Source of the DNA: Thermodesulfobacteriota bacterium
Lineage (GTDB): Bacteria; Desulfobacterota_D; UBA1144; Nemesobacterales; Mycalebacteriaceae
DNA length: 64,000 nt
Direction: 5' to 3'
Assembly (NCBI GenBank): GCA_965226585.1
Contig: OZ245366.1
Span: 32,001 to 96,000, forward strand
Positions 1-8,826 of the stretch are shown piece after piece; position 1 is the first letter of the stretch; every line of letters begins with the position of its first letter. A program made the translations under genes and the position numbers. Under the pieces are notes generated by a model that saw only the letters and a list, made by a program, of their open reading frames with translations, was not told where the DNA came from and did no database searches.

Positions 1-1027
1 GTGCGTAAATGGCAGTGCCTCTAGACTCGTTAGACCAAACCTGTGAGTTGCTTACATTTGCTGTCCCGCCCAGTGCGTAAATGGCGATGCCTCCAACGTC
101 GTCAGCCCAAACCTGTGAGTTGCTACTTACGGTTACTGTTCCGCCCGTTGTAAAAATAGCCATGCCTCCAACGCCGTTAGCCCAAACCCGCGAGTTGCTA
201 CTTACGGTTGCTGTTCCGCTCGTTGTAAAAATAGCCATGCCTCCAATGCTGCCGTCAGCCCAAACGTTTGCGTCGTGAACAATCGCCGTGTTCGCAGACA
301 CGGCTTCTGAAAAGTTTCCGTTTGTCCAAACCTGCGCTCCCTTGATTTTCGCCGTTGCCGCATTAACCGCCTTGCTTGATTGACCGTTAGCCCACACATT
401 CAGATTGTTGATTTCCGCCGTTCCTATCGCTTTTACTGTTGAAACGCCGTTAATGGTTGTCCAGACTTGTCCCTTTCCATCTTCTGAGACAACCGCAACG
501 TTTCCCGAATTTCCCGAAACAACCGCCGAACTTGTGCCGCCGCTTGCCCACACTTTTCCTTCATTCAGAATGTTGACCATTTCCGCCACTATCGTGTTGC
601 TTGCCGCCCCGTTAGCCCAAACCTGCGCGTTGTTGACCAACACGGTTTCCGCCGTAACCGCCGAACTTGTTCCGCCGTTTGCCCATACTTTTGCGCCGTG
701 AATGTTTGCCGCTGTTGTCGCCTTTACTGTTGAACTTCCCGAAGCGTTAGACCAGACCTGTCCCGTTCCGTCTCCTGATATGACCGTAACCCCTCCGCCG
801 GCTTTCGCTGAAATTGCCGAACTTCCCGAAGCGTTAGACCAGACTTTGCCGTCATTTGAAACATTGACCGTTTCCGCCACTATTGCGTTACTTCTTTCGC
901 CTTCCGCCCACACTTCAGCGCCGTAGACTGCAACATTTGTTGCTGAAATGGCGGCAGCATAAGAGGGCGGCGCGGAAAGCGTGATTAAGAGAGAAAGCAG
1001 AATAAGAGGGGTTGCGGTTTTAGACAT
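1..1027 (-). CDS. Secreted repeat protein (5' part; runs off window edge), probable beta-helix adhesin or autotransporter passenger
   Basis: Manual translation from ATG at 1027 gives 342 open codons: MSKTATPLILLSLLITLSAPPSYAA (signal-peptide-like), then 13 repeats of 22-29 aa each containing VW (e.g. VWANGVGGMAIFTTGGTVTVSSNSQ). GGAG lies 8 nt upstream. Not in the ORF track because its stop is outside the window. Confidence 0.8.
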   Translation of the reverse strand, partial: MSKTATPLILLSLLITLSAPPSYAAAISATNVAVYGAEVWAEGERSNAIVAETVNVSNDGKVWSNASGSSAISAKAGGGVTVISGDGTGQVWSNASGSSTVKATTAANIHGAKVWANGGTSSAVTAETVLVNNAQVWANGAASNTIVAEMVNILNEGKVWASGGTSSAVVSGNSGNVAVVSEDGKGQVWTTINGVSTVKAIGTAEINNLNVWANGQSSKAVNAATAKIKGAQVWTNGNFSEAVSANTAIVHDANVWADGSIGGMAIFTTSGTATVSSNSRVWANGVGGMAIFTTGGTVTVSSNSQVWADDVGGIAIYALGGTANVSNSQVWSNESRGTAIYA

Positions 1028-1087
1028 TTTAGGTGCTCCAAACTTTATTAAAGTTTAGTCTATGGACAAGAATGGGGTCAGGTCAAG

Positions 1088-1364
1088 TTCCGTCATTCCG
1101 TGCCTGACACGGAATCCAGTATTCAACTGGCTAATTAATACTGGATTCCTGCTTCCGCAGGAATGACGAGGGAAGGGCAACGGAATGACGCTTCTCACCA
1201 CTCCGTCATTCCGTGTTTGTCTCCTTCCCGTCATTCCGTGCTTGACACGGAATCCAGTATTCAACTGGCTAATTAATACTGGATTCCTGCTTTCGCAGGA
1301 ATGACGGGGAAAGAGGAATGACGGGAGAAGGGGCAACGGAATGACGGAGGGGCAACGGAATGAC
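1088..1364. repeat. Palindromic CGTC/dRS3-like element array 1 (2 complete 76-bp units plus half units)
   Basis: Units at 1092-1167 and 1230-1305: GTCATTCCGTG(C/T)TGACACGGAATCCAGTATT-13 nt-AATACTGGATTCCTGCTT(T/C)CGCAGGAATGAC. Confidence 0.95.
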
Positions 1365-1368
1365 AACC

Positions 1369-2355
1369 CTAATGACTTCTCTCCGCCGCGAAATCCGCGA
1401 GCGTTAGAAGCGAGCGTTTGTAACTGCCGTCCGGAAAAAATGATATGGCATCTTTCGCGCTCAAGACATGGCTTTTCGCCTTGTCAAAAGTCGCCTTCAC
1501 TCCTCCGTAATCCGCAACAAAACGCTTTATCGGAACCGTGTCGCACTCTCCCCCCGATACAAGTTTTTTCAAATGACCCTCAAACTCCACGCGCACACGG
1601 GCGGGAGCGTTGGAAATGGCTTTGAGAAGCGGAAGCGTCATCTTCGCCCCCTCTATGTCAAGCCCCGTGTCTTTGCCAAGCTGCTCGGTTGAAGACGAAT
1701 AATCAAGAGCATCATCGGTAAGCTGAAACGCTATCCCAAGATTCAACCCGTACTCGGCAAGCGCGTCCGTTCTGCCGTTTGCCGAACCCGCAAGTATGGC
1801 TCCCATCACGGCGCAACACTCTATCAGCGAAGCCGTCTTCTCACGCACAATCTGCATACAGGCGTTTTCGTCAATCTCCATCATCTCCTTCTCGCCCATA
1901 ACCTCTATCATCACACCCTCTATCACCCTCTTCGCGGCGGAACAAAAAACCTTGGAAAGCCGCGAGTCATCACACGAAAGCACAAGATTCAAAGCGCGTA
2001 TCAAAAGCGCGTCTCCGGCAAGAACGGAACACTGATTTCCCCAAACCGTGTTTGCAGACTTCCGCCCCCTTCTTGTGGAAGCATTGTCTATCACGTCATC
2101 GTGAAGCAAAGACGCTATGTGCGTGAGCTCAACGGCGGCGGCTGAGGCAATTCTGTTCTCGCCGTCCTCAAGCCCGCATATTCCGCTTGAAAGAAGAAGC
2201 ACCGAGGGCCTGAGCCGCTTGCCGCCGCTTCCAACTATGTATGACGATATGCTGTGAACGAGCTCTACGGGAGACTGGCAGTTCTTCACCAGTTCATCCT
2301 CAACAAGACTCATGTCGTTTGAGATAATCGCGGAGTTGTCCGTATCTGTCTGCAT
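1369..2355 (-). CDS. ispB: Polyprenyl (octaprenyl-type) diphosphate synthase
   Basis: GGKRLRP, LLHDDVID..RRG, KTA, AFQLTDDALD motifs. Start moved to ATG 2355 to avoid overlap with the divergent gene. Confidence 0.9.
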   Translation of the reverse strand: MQTDTDNSAIISNDMSLVEDELVKNCQSPVELVHSISSYIVGSGGKRLRPSVLLLSSGICGLEDGENRIASAAAVELTHIASLLHDDVIDNASTRRGRKSANTVWGNQCSVLAGDALLIRALNLVLSCDDSRLSKVFCSAAKRVIEGVMIEVMGEKEMMEIDENACMQIVREKTASLIECCAVMGAILAGSANGRTDALAEYGLNLGIAFQLTDDALDYSSSTEQLGKDTGLDIEGAKMTLPLLKAISNAPARVRVEFEGHLKKLVSGGECDTVPIKRFVADYGGVKATFDKAKSHVLSAKDAISFFPDGSYKRSLLTLADFAAERSH

Positions 2356-2444
2356 CGGGGTTAAATTATTGTCACAAAAGACTTTCAAGTCAAAACGGCT
2401 ATAATAACTCTCAAACATTCGCTCCCGCGAACCGGGGAATTGTC

Positions 2445-2876
2445 TTGAACTCATTTGACACCGCCATAGTAATTGCGTGCCTCGCGGCTTTCGCTCTGGG
2501 GCTTACGGGCAGAGGGCTTATCAGCCTGTCTTTAACGCTTGCGGCGGGCGCGGCGGGCATCGCGGCGGGATACCTTTTTGGTCCCGCAATCGCGGAACGG
2601 GGATGGGCTTGGAACGAATGGGTCGGCGGACTTGCGGTGTTTCTCGCGGTGTTTGCGGCGATTGCCGCCCTCCGCTCGGTCGCGGGCAAAGTTCCCGGAC
2701 TGAAAGTTCTGATGCGGGTTGCAGACGGCATCATAAGCGCGGGCGTTGTGGCGGTGGCGGCGGTGTTTCTGTTTGAAGCGGCGGAAGCGATGAGAGGACA
2801 GGAGAAAACAGAGGATGCGGCAAAATCTCTTATACGCGGAAAAATTATTGAACTGTATGACGGAAAAGAAAAATGA
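2445..2876 (+). CDS. cvpA: CvpA-family membrane protein
   Basis: 143 aa hydrophobic protein; N-terminal D..I......G..GRGLI and R.ADG pattern typical of the colicin V production family. Confidence 0.6.
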   Translation: MNSFDTAIVIACLAAFALGLTGRGLISLSLTLAAGAAGIAAGYLFGPAIAERGWAWNEWVGGLAVFLAVFAAIAALRSVAGKVPGLKVLMRVADGIISAGVVAVAAVFLFEAAEAMRGQEKTEDAAKSLIRGKIIELYDGKEK

Positions 2877-3889
2877 AAAGCATAACAACTCTTAACAAAC
2901 ACATCATATCTTTGTTCGGAATTGACAAGTTTCACGGCGGGGTTTTCACAATCCTGCGGGAACTGGTTTTTGTCTCCAAACTTATGCACCGCGATGTGAA
3001 CAAGGCGGGCATCGTGGAAGGCATCATCGGCGGAACGGGCAATATCAACTATCACGGAGACTCAACACAGAAACTGGACATACTGGCAAACGAGCGCGTA
3101 ATCTCAACCCTTGAAGCGGGCGGCGAGTGTTGCGGTGTGGTGTCGGAAGAAAACGACAACATAGTCGCCCTGAAAGGCGAGAACTCTGAAAAAGGGGAAT
3201 ACGTGCTTGCCATAGACCCGCTTGACGGCTCTTCAAACATAGACGTGAACGTTACGGTGGGCATTATCTTTTCCATATACAAACGCAAATCCAAAACCCC
3301 CGGACCCTGCGGAGAGGAGGATTTTCTCAGGCGCGGACGCGAGCAGGAACTTGCCGGATACATAGTGTTCGGTTCGTCAACGATGCTTGTTTTTACCGCC
3401 GGCAAAGGGGTGAACGGATTTACGCTTGACCCGTCAATAGGCGAGTTCTGCCTGTCGCATCCGCAGATACGAATACCGGAAAACGGCGAACTTTATTCCG
3501 TCAATCACGGGCTTTCATCGGCGTTTCCCGGCTGGGTTAAGCGGTTCATTGAATACTGCGGAGAAACAGACGCCAAAACGGGAAGACCCTACTCGTGCAG
3601 ATACACCGGCTCTATGGTGGCGGACATACACAGAAATATGCTCAAAGGCGGAATCTTCATGTATCCCGCCACCGCCAAATACCCGAAAGGAAAACTGCGC
3701 CTTTTATACGAATGCAACCCCATCTCTTTCATAGTTGAGGAGGCGGGCGGCAAAGCGGTCTGCGGCGGTGAAAACATAATGGACATAGAGGTGTCTTCAA
3801 TCCACCAGAGAACACCGATATTTGCGGGCTCAAAAAATCTTGTGGATATCGCGGAAAACTTTCGCGGCGAAGTGGAAAAAGGAAAGTGA
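2873..3889 (+). CDS. fbp: Class 1 fructose-1,6-bisphosphatase
   Basis: SEE, DPLDGSSNIDVN, RYTGSMVADIHR, GKLRLLYECNP motifs. Confidence 0.97.
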   Translation: MKSITTLNKHIISLFGIDKFHGGVFTILRELVFVSKLMHRDVNKAGIVEGIIGGTGNINYHGDSTQKLDILANERVISTLEAGGECCGVVSEENDNIVALKGENSEKGEYVLAIDPLDGSSNIDVNVTVGIIFSIYKRKSKTPGPCGEEDFLRRGREQELAGYIVFGSSTMLVFTAGKGVNGFTLDPSIGEFCLSHPQIRIPENGELYSVNHGLSSAFPGWVKRFIEYCGETDAKTGRPYSCRYTGSMVADIHRNMLKGGIFMYPATAKYPKGKLRLLYECNPISFIVEEAGGKAVCGGENIMDIEVSSIHQRTPIFAGSKNLVDIAENFRGEVEKGK

Positions 3890-6462
3890 GCATAAAAGAC
3901 GCAAAAAACGGCGCGCGGGTGTCGCTTGTAGTTCCGTGCTATAACGAGGAAAACCGCCTTTCGGAAAAGAACATAGACGAGTGCCTTGCCGCGCTCGGAA
4001 AAGGGGCGGAGATTGTTCTCGTTGATGACGGCTCAACGGACGGCACGGCAAAACTGATAAAAAAAATCGCTGACGCAAGAGACGGCGTAAAAGGGCTTTT
4101 CCTTTCCCGCAACGGCGGAAAAGCCGGAGCCGTGCGCGCCGGAATGACAAACGCCGTGGAAAGGGGCGCGGATTTTGCGGGATTTTGCGACGCGGATTTC
4201 GCGGCTCCGCCCGAAGAAGTGGCGCGGGTTTTCAAAGAGATGGAAAACTCAGGCGCGCAGGCGGCGATGGGAACGCGCAACTCAAAACAGTCTGAAAACA
4301 TCACGCGCTCATTTTCCCGCTCCGCGCTCAGCCGGGTGTTTTCCCTTGTCTCCTCTTTCGCCCTCAAAAGATTTGTGTCTGATACACAGTGCGGGGCAAA
4401 GTTTTTCAAAAACACTCCCGCGCTGAAAAACGCGCTTTCAGAGCCGTTCATCTCGCGCTGGGGTTTTGATGTTGAGATTGTCGGGCGGATTGAGGCGGAA
4501 AACGGCGAAAAAACGGCTGAGGTTCCCGTCAAGCGGTGGAGCGAACAGCCCGATTCGCGCATGAACTTTCTGTCTATGGCGGCAACCCTTTTCGAACTAA
4601 TGGAGATAAACGGCGACCTGAAAAAACGGCGCGGCGGATACGGAAACAGAAGGGAGCTTTATCTGGAAATCGCCCTCACGGTTTTCGTGCGGCTGATACC
4701 GCTCTACATCCTCACCTACATCCTTACAAATGTGCTTTTCTGGAACGGCTACTGGATAAACCCGGACGCCTATTATCATGCGGGAGTGGCGCAGGCGTAT
4801 GCCGAACACGGCTGGCTTGACTCTTTTCCGTGGCTCAAATACACCACCCTCGGAGACGGCTTTCCAAACGTCTATCTGCTCCAGCATCTTCTGCTTGGAA
4901 TAGTCGCGTTCTTCACCCCGTCATCAGACCCGACAATCATTCTGAAAACCTCAATAATGGCTCTGGCGTTCCTTCAGCAACTGTCGTTCTACTTCTTTTT
5001 GAGAAAGTGGAAAGTTTCCTACGCCTCTTTGTGGGTGTTTGCGGGCGTAACGATTTCATCAAATATGCTCTGGCACATAATGGCTCTGAAAGGGATAACG
5101 CTTTTCTCCATCATATTGCCGTGGATTGTTGACGCGCTCTGGTCTAACAACAGGCGGCGGGCGTTTATTATCGGGTGGATTTCAACCTACTCCTATGTCG
5201 GATTTATACTTATGGGACCCCTTGCGGCGTGCCGGGCGGCGGGGCATCTGTTGTTTGACGGCAAACTGAAAATCAAAACCCCTCTCATGCTGTTTGCCGG
5301 TGTTGCGGCGGGAATACTGCTCTCTCCGTTTTTCCCCGACCACTTGACTCACATATACAGGGAACTTTCAACCGTTTTTGAACGCCCGTCATTTATACAG
5401 GCGGGTGATTTCTTCGGCTCTGAATGGTCTATCCCAGACCGCAATCAGCTTCAGCATTTCATCGGCGGAATGGTTCTCCTCACAATAGCGGCAACCGGCT
5501 ACTACATGCGCAAAAACACGCGGGCAGACAACGTAAGCGGAGCGGCTTTTATCACGGTTTTTGTGTTCTCGCTGTTTCCGTTTGTGGGCGGAATAAAGTT
5601 CGCCCAAACCTTCGCGGTTATCGCAACCCTTATGGTTCCGCTCATATTCCGCGACATTTCTCTTATCTCGCTGAAAATTCCGGTAAGTCTGTCGCGTATT
5701 GTCATCGCTCTGGGCGCGCTTGCGGGGATTGGCGGGGCGTATCTCATCGGGGATTCGGCAACATCTCTGGGGTGGCTTTTGAAAAACGTCTGGGTGGCAA
5801 GGGCGTTTGTCTTTATCGTGACAGCCCCGGCGGTTTTCGGTGTGCTGGTTCTTGCCGAGAGGAAGGCGCCGGAAATCGTTCCGGCGATAAGGGCGCAAGT
5901 TCCGTTCAGTATCAGACCCGCGCTTCCCGTTGTGTTCACAATAATTCTCACCGTCTATTCCCTTCCGTTCATAGAAGACAGGCAGAGGCGCACAAACAAC
6001 GCCGCCGCGCCGCCGCCCGCGGCTTATGAACAGATATCCAAAGTGGTAAAAGCCCTCACGGCAAAGGGCAAGGTTGTTGTCGCCGCGTGGGACGATTTTC
6101 CGGGATTTTTCTACTTCAACCGCGACAACTACTACATCTCCGGAATGAACAACCTGTTTCTCTACCACAGCGATTCGCACAGGTTCACGACATACTACAA
6201 GTTTTTCAAAGCGGGAATAAAAAACCCCGCGAAGTCGCTTCCCGCCGTGTTTGACGGCACAGACCTGATTGTGATTAGAAACGTTCCGAGGGTTGACGGC
6301 GAGAGAGACCTTTTGAAAGTGCTTGAAACGGCGCCGGGCGTGTTTCCCGTCAGCATAGAAAACGGCAGGTTTGTGGCAAAAACTGGAAAGGTGGCGCAAT
6401 ACTGGAGAGTCTACAAAATAGGCGAACGCCCGAAGGCGAAAACGCCGCCGGAAAAAAAATGA
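3886..6462 (+). CDS. Fusion of a GT2 dolichyl/polyprenol-phosphate glycosyltransferase and a multi-TM GT-C (STT3/AglB-like) domain
   Basis: N-terminal ~245 aa has VPCYNEE, VDDGSTDGT, GKAGAV, DAD, DTQCGAKF, RWGFDVE. The remainder has many TM segments with PDAYYH, GSEW and AWDDFP motifs. Confidence 0.75.
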   Translation: MSIKDAKNGARVSLVVPCYNEENRLSEKNIDECLAALGKGAEIVLVDDGSTDGTAKLIKKIADARDGVKGLFLSRNGGKAGAVRAGMTNAVERGADFAGFCDADFAAPPEEVARVFKEMENSGAQAAMGTRNSKQSENITRSFSRSALSRVFSLVSSFALKRFVSDTQCGAKFFKNTPALKNALSEPFISRWGFDVEIVGRIEAENGEKTAEVPVKRWSEQPDSRMNFLSMAATLFELMEINGDLKKRRGGYGNRRELYLEIALTVFVRLIPLYILTYILTNVLFWNGYWINPDAYYHAGVAQAYAEHGWLDSFPWLKYTTLGDGFPNVYLLQHLLLGIVAFFTPSSDPTIILKTSIMALAFLQQLSFYFFLRKWKVSYASLWVFAGVTISSNMLWHIMALKGITLFSIILPWIVDALWSNNRRRAFIIGWISTYSYVGFILMGPLAACRAAGHLLFDGKLKIKTPLMLFAGVAAGILLSPFFPDHLTHIYRELSTVFERPSFIQAGDFFGSEWSIPDRNQLQHFIGGMVLLTIAATGYYMRKNTRADNVSGAAFITVFVFSLFPFVGGIKFAQTFAVIATLMVPLIFRDISLISLKIPVSLSRIVIALGALAGIGGAYLIGDSATSLGWLLKNVWVARAFVFIVTAPAVFGVLVLAERKAPEIVPAIRAQVPFSIRPALPVVFTIILTVYSLPFIEDRQRRTNNAAAPPPAAYEQISKVVKALTAKGKVVVAAWDDFPGFFYFNRDNYYISGMNNLFLYHSDSHRFTTYYKFFKAGIKNPAKSLPAVFDGTDLIVIRNVPRVDGERDLLKVLETAPGVFPVSIENGRFVAKTGKVAQYWRVYKIGERPKAKTPPEKK

Positions 6463-7352
6463 GCGATGTTGTAACCGAAACAAATCTCGCCGGACTTGGC
6501 GAGCCGTATCGGGGCAAGGTGAGAGATGTGTACGACATTGGAAGCGGCAAACTGCTGATTGTTTCCACCGACAGAGTTTCCGCCTATGACTCCATACTGC
6601 CCACACCGATAAAGGGAAAGGGAGCCGCGCTGAACGGCATTTCGGAGTTCTGGTTCGGACGGCAAATACTGGAAAACTTTGTCGGCAGTCATTTCATAAC
6701 ATCGGATACGGATGAGTATCCCGACATTCTCAAACCTCACGCAGATATTCTCAAATCCCGAAGCATGATAGTTCGCAAAACAGAGCCAATTCCCGTTGAG
6801 TGCGTTGTGCGCGGATACATTTCCGGCTCGGCGTGGAGGGAATACGCGGAAACCGGCGCGGTTTGCGGAAACGAACTTCCGGCGGGTCTTGAGTTGTCGC
6901 AAAAACTGGACGCGCCGATATTCACCCCGTCAACAAAAGCGCCGCAAGGGGAGAGAGACGAGAACATCACATTTGAGCAGGCGTGTGAGATTGCGGGGGA
7001 GACAAATATGGCGTATGTGCGTCTTGCGAGCGTTCACATTTACGCGGCGGCTTTTGAAGTCGCGTTTGAGCGCGGGTTTATAATTGCCGACACAAAGTTT
7101 GAGTTCGGCATTGCGGAAAACGGCGAGATATTGATGATAGACGAAATGTTCACGCCGGATTCCTCCCGTTTCTGGAAGTTGGACGCATACAAGAGCGGCG
7201 AGCCGCAAGACAGTTTTGACAAGCAGATAGTGAGGGATTATCTGGACTCAATCGGCTGGGACAGAAAGCCCCCCGCCCCGCCGCTTTCGGATGAGGTGGC
7301 GGAAAAAACAAGCCGCAGATACGCGGAGATGAAGAGTGTGTTTGGAGGGTAA
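6459..7352 (+). CDS. purC: SAICAR synthetase
   Basis: GKVRDVY, TDRVSAYD, PVECVVRGY, ADTKFEFG, DEMFTPDSSRFW. Confidence 0.97.
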   Translation: MSDVVTETNLAGLGEPYRGKVRDVYDIGSGKLLIVSTDRVSAYDSILPTPIKGKGAALNGISEFWFGRQILENFVGSHFITSDTDEYPDILKPHADILKSRSMIVRKTEPIPVECVVRGYISGSAWREYAETGAVCGNELPAGLELSQKLDAPIFTPSTKAPQGERDENITFEQACEIAGETNMAYVRLASVHIYAAAFEVAFERGFIIADTKFEFGIAENGEILMIDEMFTPDSSRFWKLDAYKSGEPQDSFDKQIVRDYLDSIGWDRKPPAPPLSDEVAEKTSRRYAEMKSVFGG

Positions 7353-7354
7353 GG

Positions 7355-7531
7355 ATGTCCGGGGAGATAAAATCGCCGTGCATAAATGTGTGCGAGATAG
7401 ATGACGGCGGTTTGTGCGCGGGCTGTATGAGAACGGTTGAGGAGATACGCGCATGGAAAGCCGCGCCGCAAAGGGAAAAGGCGGCGATAGTGGCAAGGGC
7501 GGAAAAGCGCAGGAAGGGGAAAGAGGGATGA
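7355..7531 (+). CDS. DUF1289-family small Cys-rich protein (58 aa)
   Basis: Manual translation MSGEIKSPCINVCEIDDGGLCAGCMRTVEEIRAWKAAPQREKAAIVARAEKRRKGKEG fits the SPC...C...C.GC.RT..EI..W signature. GGAGG upstream; below the ORF-track length cutoff. Confidence 0.85.
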   Translation: MSGEIKSPCINVCEIDDGGLCAGCMRTVEEIRAWKAAPQREKAAIVARAEKRRKGKEG

Positions 7532-7536
7532 CACCA

Positions 7537-8012
7537 TTCCGTCATTCCGTGCTTGACACGGAATCCAGTATTCAACTGGCTGACCAATACTGGATTCCTG
7601 CTTTCGCAGGAATGACGAGAGGCGGCAATGGAATGACACTTCCCACTTCCGTCATTCCGTGCTTGACACGGAATCCAGTATTCAACTGGGTTACCCAATA
7701 CTGGATTCCTGCTTTCGCAGGAATGACGAGAGGCGGCAACGGAATGACACTTCCCACTTCCGTCATTCCGTGCTTGACACGGAATCCAGTATTCAACTGG
7801 GTTACCAATACTGGATTCCTGCTTTCGCAGGAATGACGAGAGGCGGCAATGGAATGACACTTCCCACTTCCGTCATTCCGTGCTTGACACGGAATCCAGT
7901 ATTCAACTGGCTGACCAATACTGGATTCCTGCTTTCGCAGGAATGACGGAGGGGGCAGGAATGACGGAGGGGGCGGGAATGACGGACAAAGGGCAACGGA
8001 ATGACGGAGGGG
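7537..8012. repeat. Palindromic element array 2 (4 complete units, period ~110 bp, plus half units)
   Basis: Units start at 7541, 7651, 7762 and 7872; linker GAGAGGCGGCAA(T/C)GGAATGACACTTCCCACTTCC. Confidence 0.95.
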
Positions 8013-8015
8013 CGT

Positions 8016-8813
8016 ATGAGTAAAACAATATCAATTCTCGGTTGCGGCTGGTTCGGGCTTCCGCTTGCTTCGCGCCTTGCCTCCGCCGGGCACAAAGTTA
8101 TGGGCTCAACAACAGACCCCATGCGAAAAAACGAAATCCAAAAAGCCGGCGCGCAACCCTTTGTTATCAAACTTGAACCCGAACAAAACGCGGGAAACAA
8201 ACCGTTCTTCTCATCAGACATCACAGTCGTCAACTTCCCGCCCCGCCGCCGTGATGACATAAAAACCCACCTCGCCGGACAAACCCGCTCGCTTATGAAC
8301 GCTCTGGCGGACGGCGGCGCGGGCTTTGTAATCCTCATAAGTTCAACCTCAGTCTATGCAGACCTCGGAAGAGTTGTAACCGAAGAAGACTTCACAACCG
8401 GAGAGCCGGAAAAAGCGTCCGGCTCCGCGCTCAGGGAAATGGAACAAGCTATGGCGGAAGGCGATTTTGATTTAACCGTCCTCCGCTTTGCCGGGCTTAT
8501 CGGCTACGACAGAGACCCGCGCAGATTTCTTAAAAAAAGACCGGCGGCAGACCGCCCAGATCGCCCCGTGAACCTGATACACCGCGATGACTGCGTGGAA
8601 ATAACCGCGCAAATTATAGAGAAAAACATACGGGGCGAAACCCTTAACGCCGTCTCAGACAGCCACCCGTTTAGAAGCGAGTTCTATTTTAGCGAAGCAA
8701 AAAAAGCGGGAGTGGAACCGCCGGAGTTCAAAAAAGCGGAAGGATGGAAAATAGTGTCGGGAGAAAAACTGAAAAAAACGCTTAACTACAACTACAAAAA
8801 AAACCCGCTCTGA
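8016..8813 (+). CDS. NAD-dependent epimerase/dehydratase, atypical SDR (YeeZ-like)
   Basis: ISILGCGWFG Rossmann motif, ISSTSVY, LRFAGLIG, PVNLIHRDD; ATG 8016 preceded by GGAGG. Confidence 0.85.
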   Translation: MSKTISILGCGWFGLPLASRLASAGHKVMGSTTDPMRKNEIQKAGAQPFVIKLEPEQNAGNKPFFSSDITVVNFPPRRRDDIKTHLAGQTRSLMNALADGGAGFVILISSTSVYADLGRVVTEEDFTTGEPEKASGSALREMEQAMAEGDFDLTVLRFAGLIGYDRDPRRFLKKRPAADRPDRPVNLIHRDDCVEITAQIIEKNIRGETLNAVSDSHPFRSEFYFSEAKKAGVEPPEFKKAEGWKIVSGEKLKKTLNYNYKKNPL

Positions 8814-8826
8814 AAAACGGCGGGTT
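8802..8826 (-). terminator. Hairpin between convergent genes, probable terminator of the serA-hisZ-purA unit
   Basis: AACCCGC...GCGGGTT inverted repeat followed by a T run on the minus strand. Confidence 0.45.

Noticed and set aside
1071..1086. AATGGGGTCAGGTCAA resembling inverted-repeat ends of some RAYT-like transposases
   Set aside because: Single copy, with no partner end and no transposase nearby.
1055..1366. ORFs over the arrays (RHSCESRNPV, VIPAKAGIQ, TGFRVKHGMT peptides; also at 7150-7946, 24436-24709, 25842-26708, 28545-29218, 31452-32095)
   Set aside because: They are translations of the palindromic element in several frames, with no independent coding signal.
5389..6606. 405-aa minus-strand ORF, and the similar 364-aa ORF at 56166-57260
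   Set aside because: They fully overlap well-supported plus-strand genes and show no recognisable motifs.
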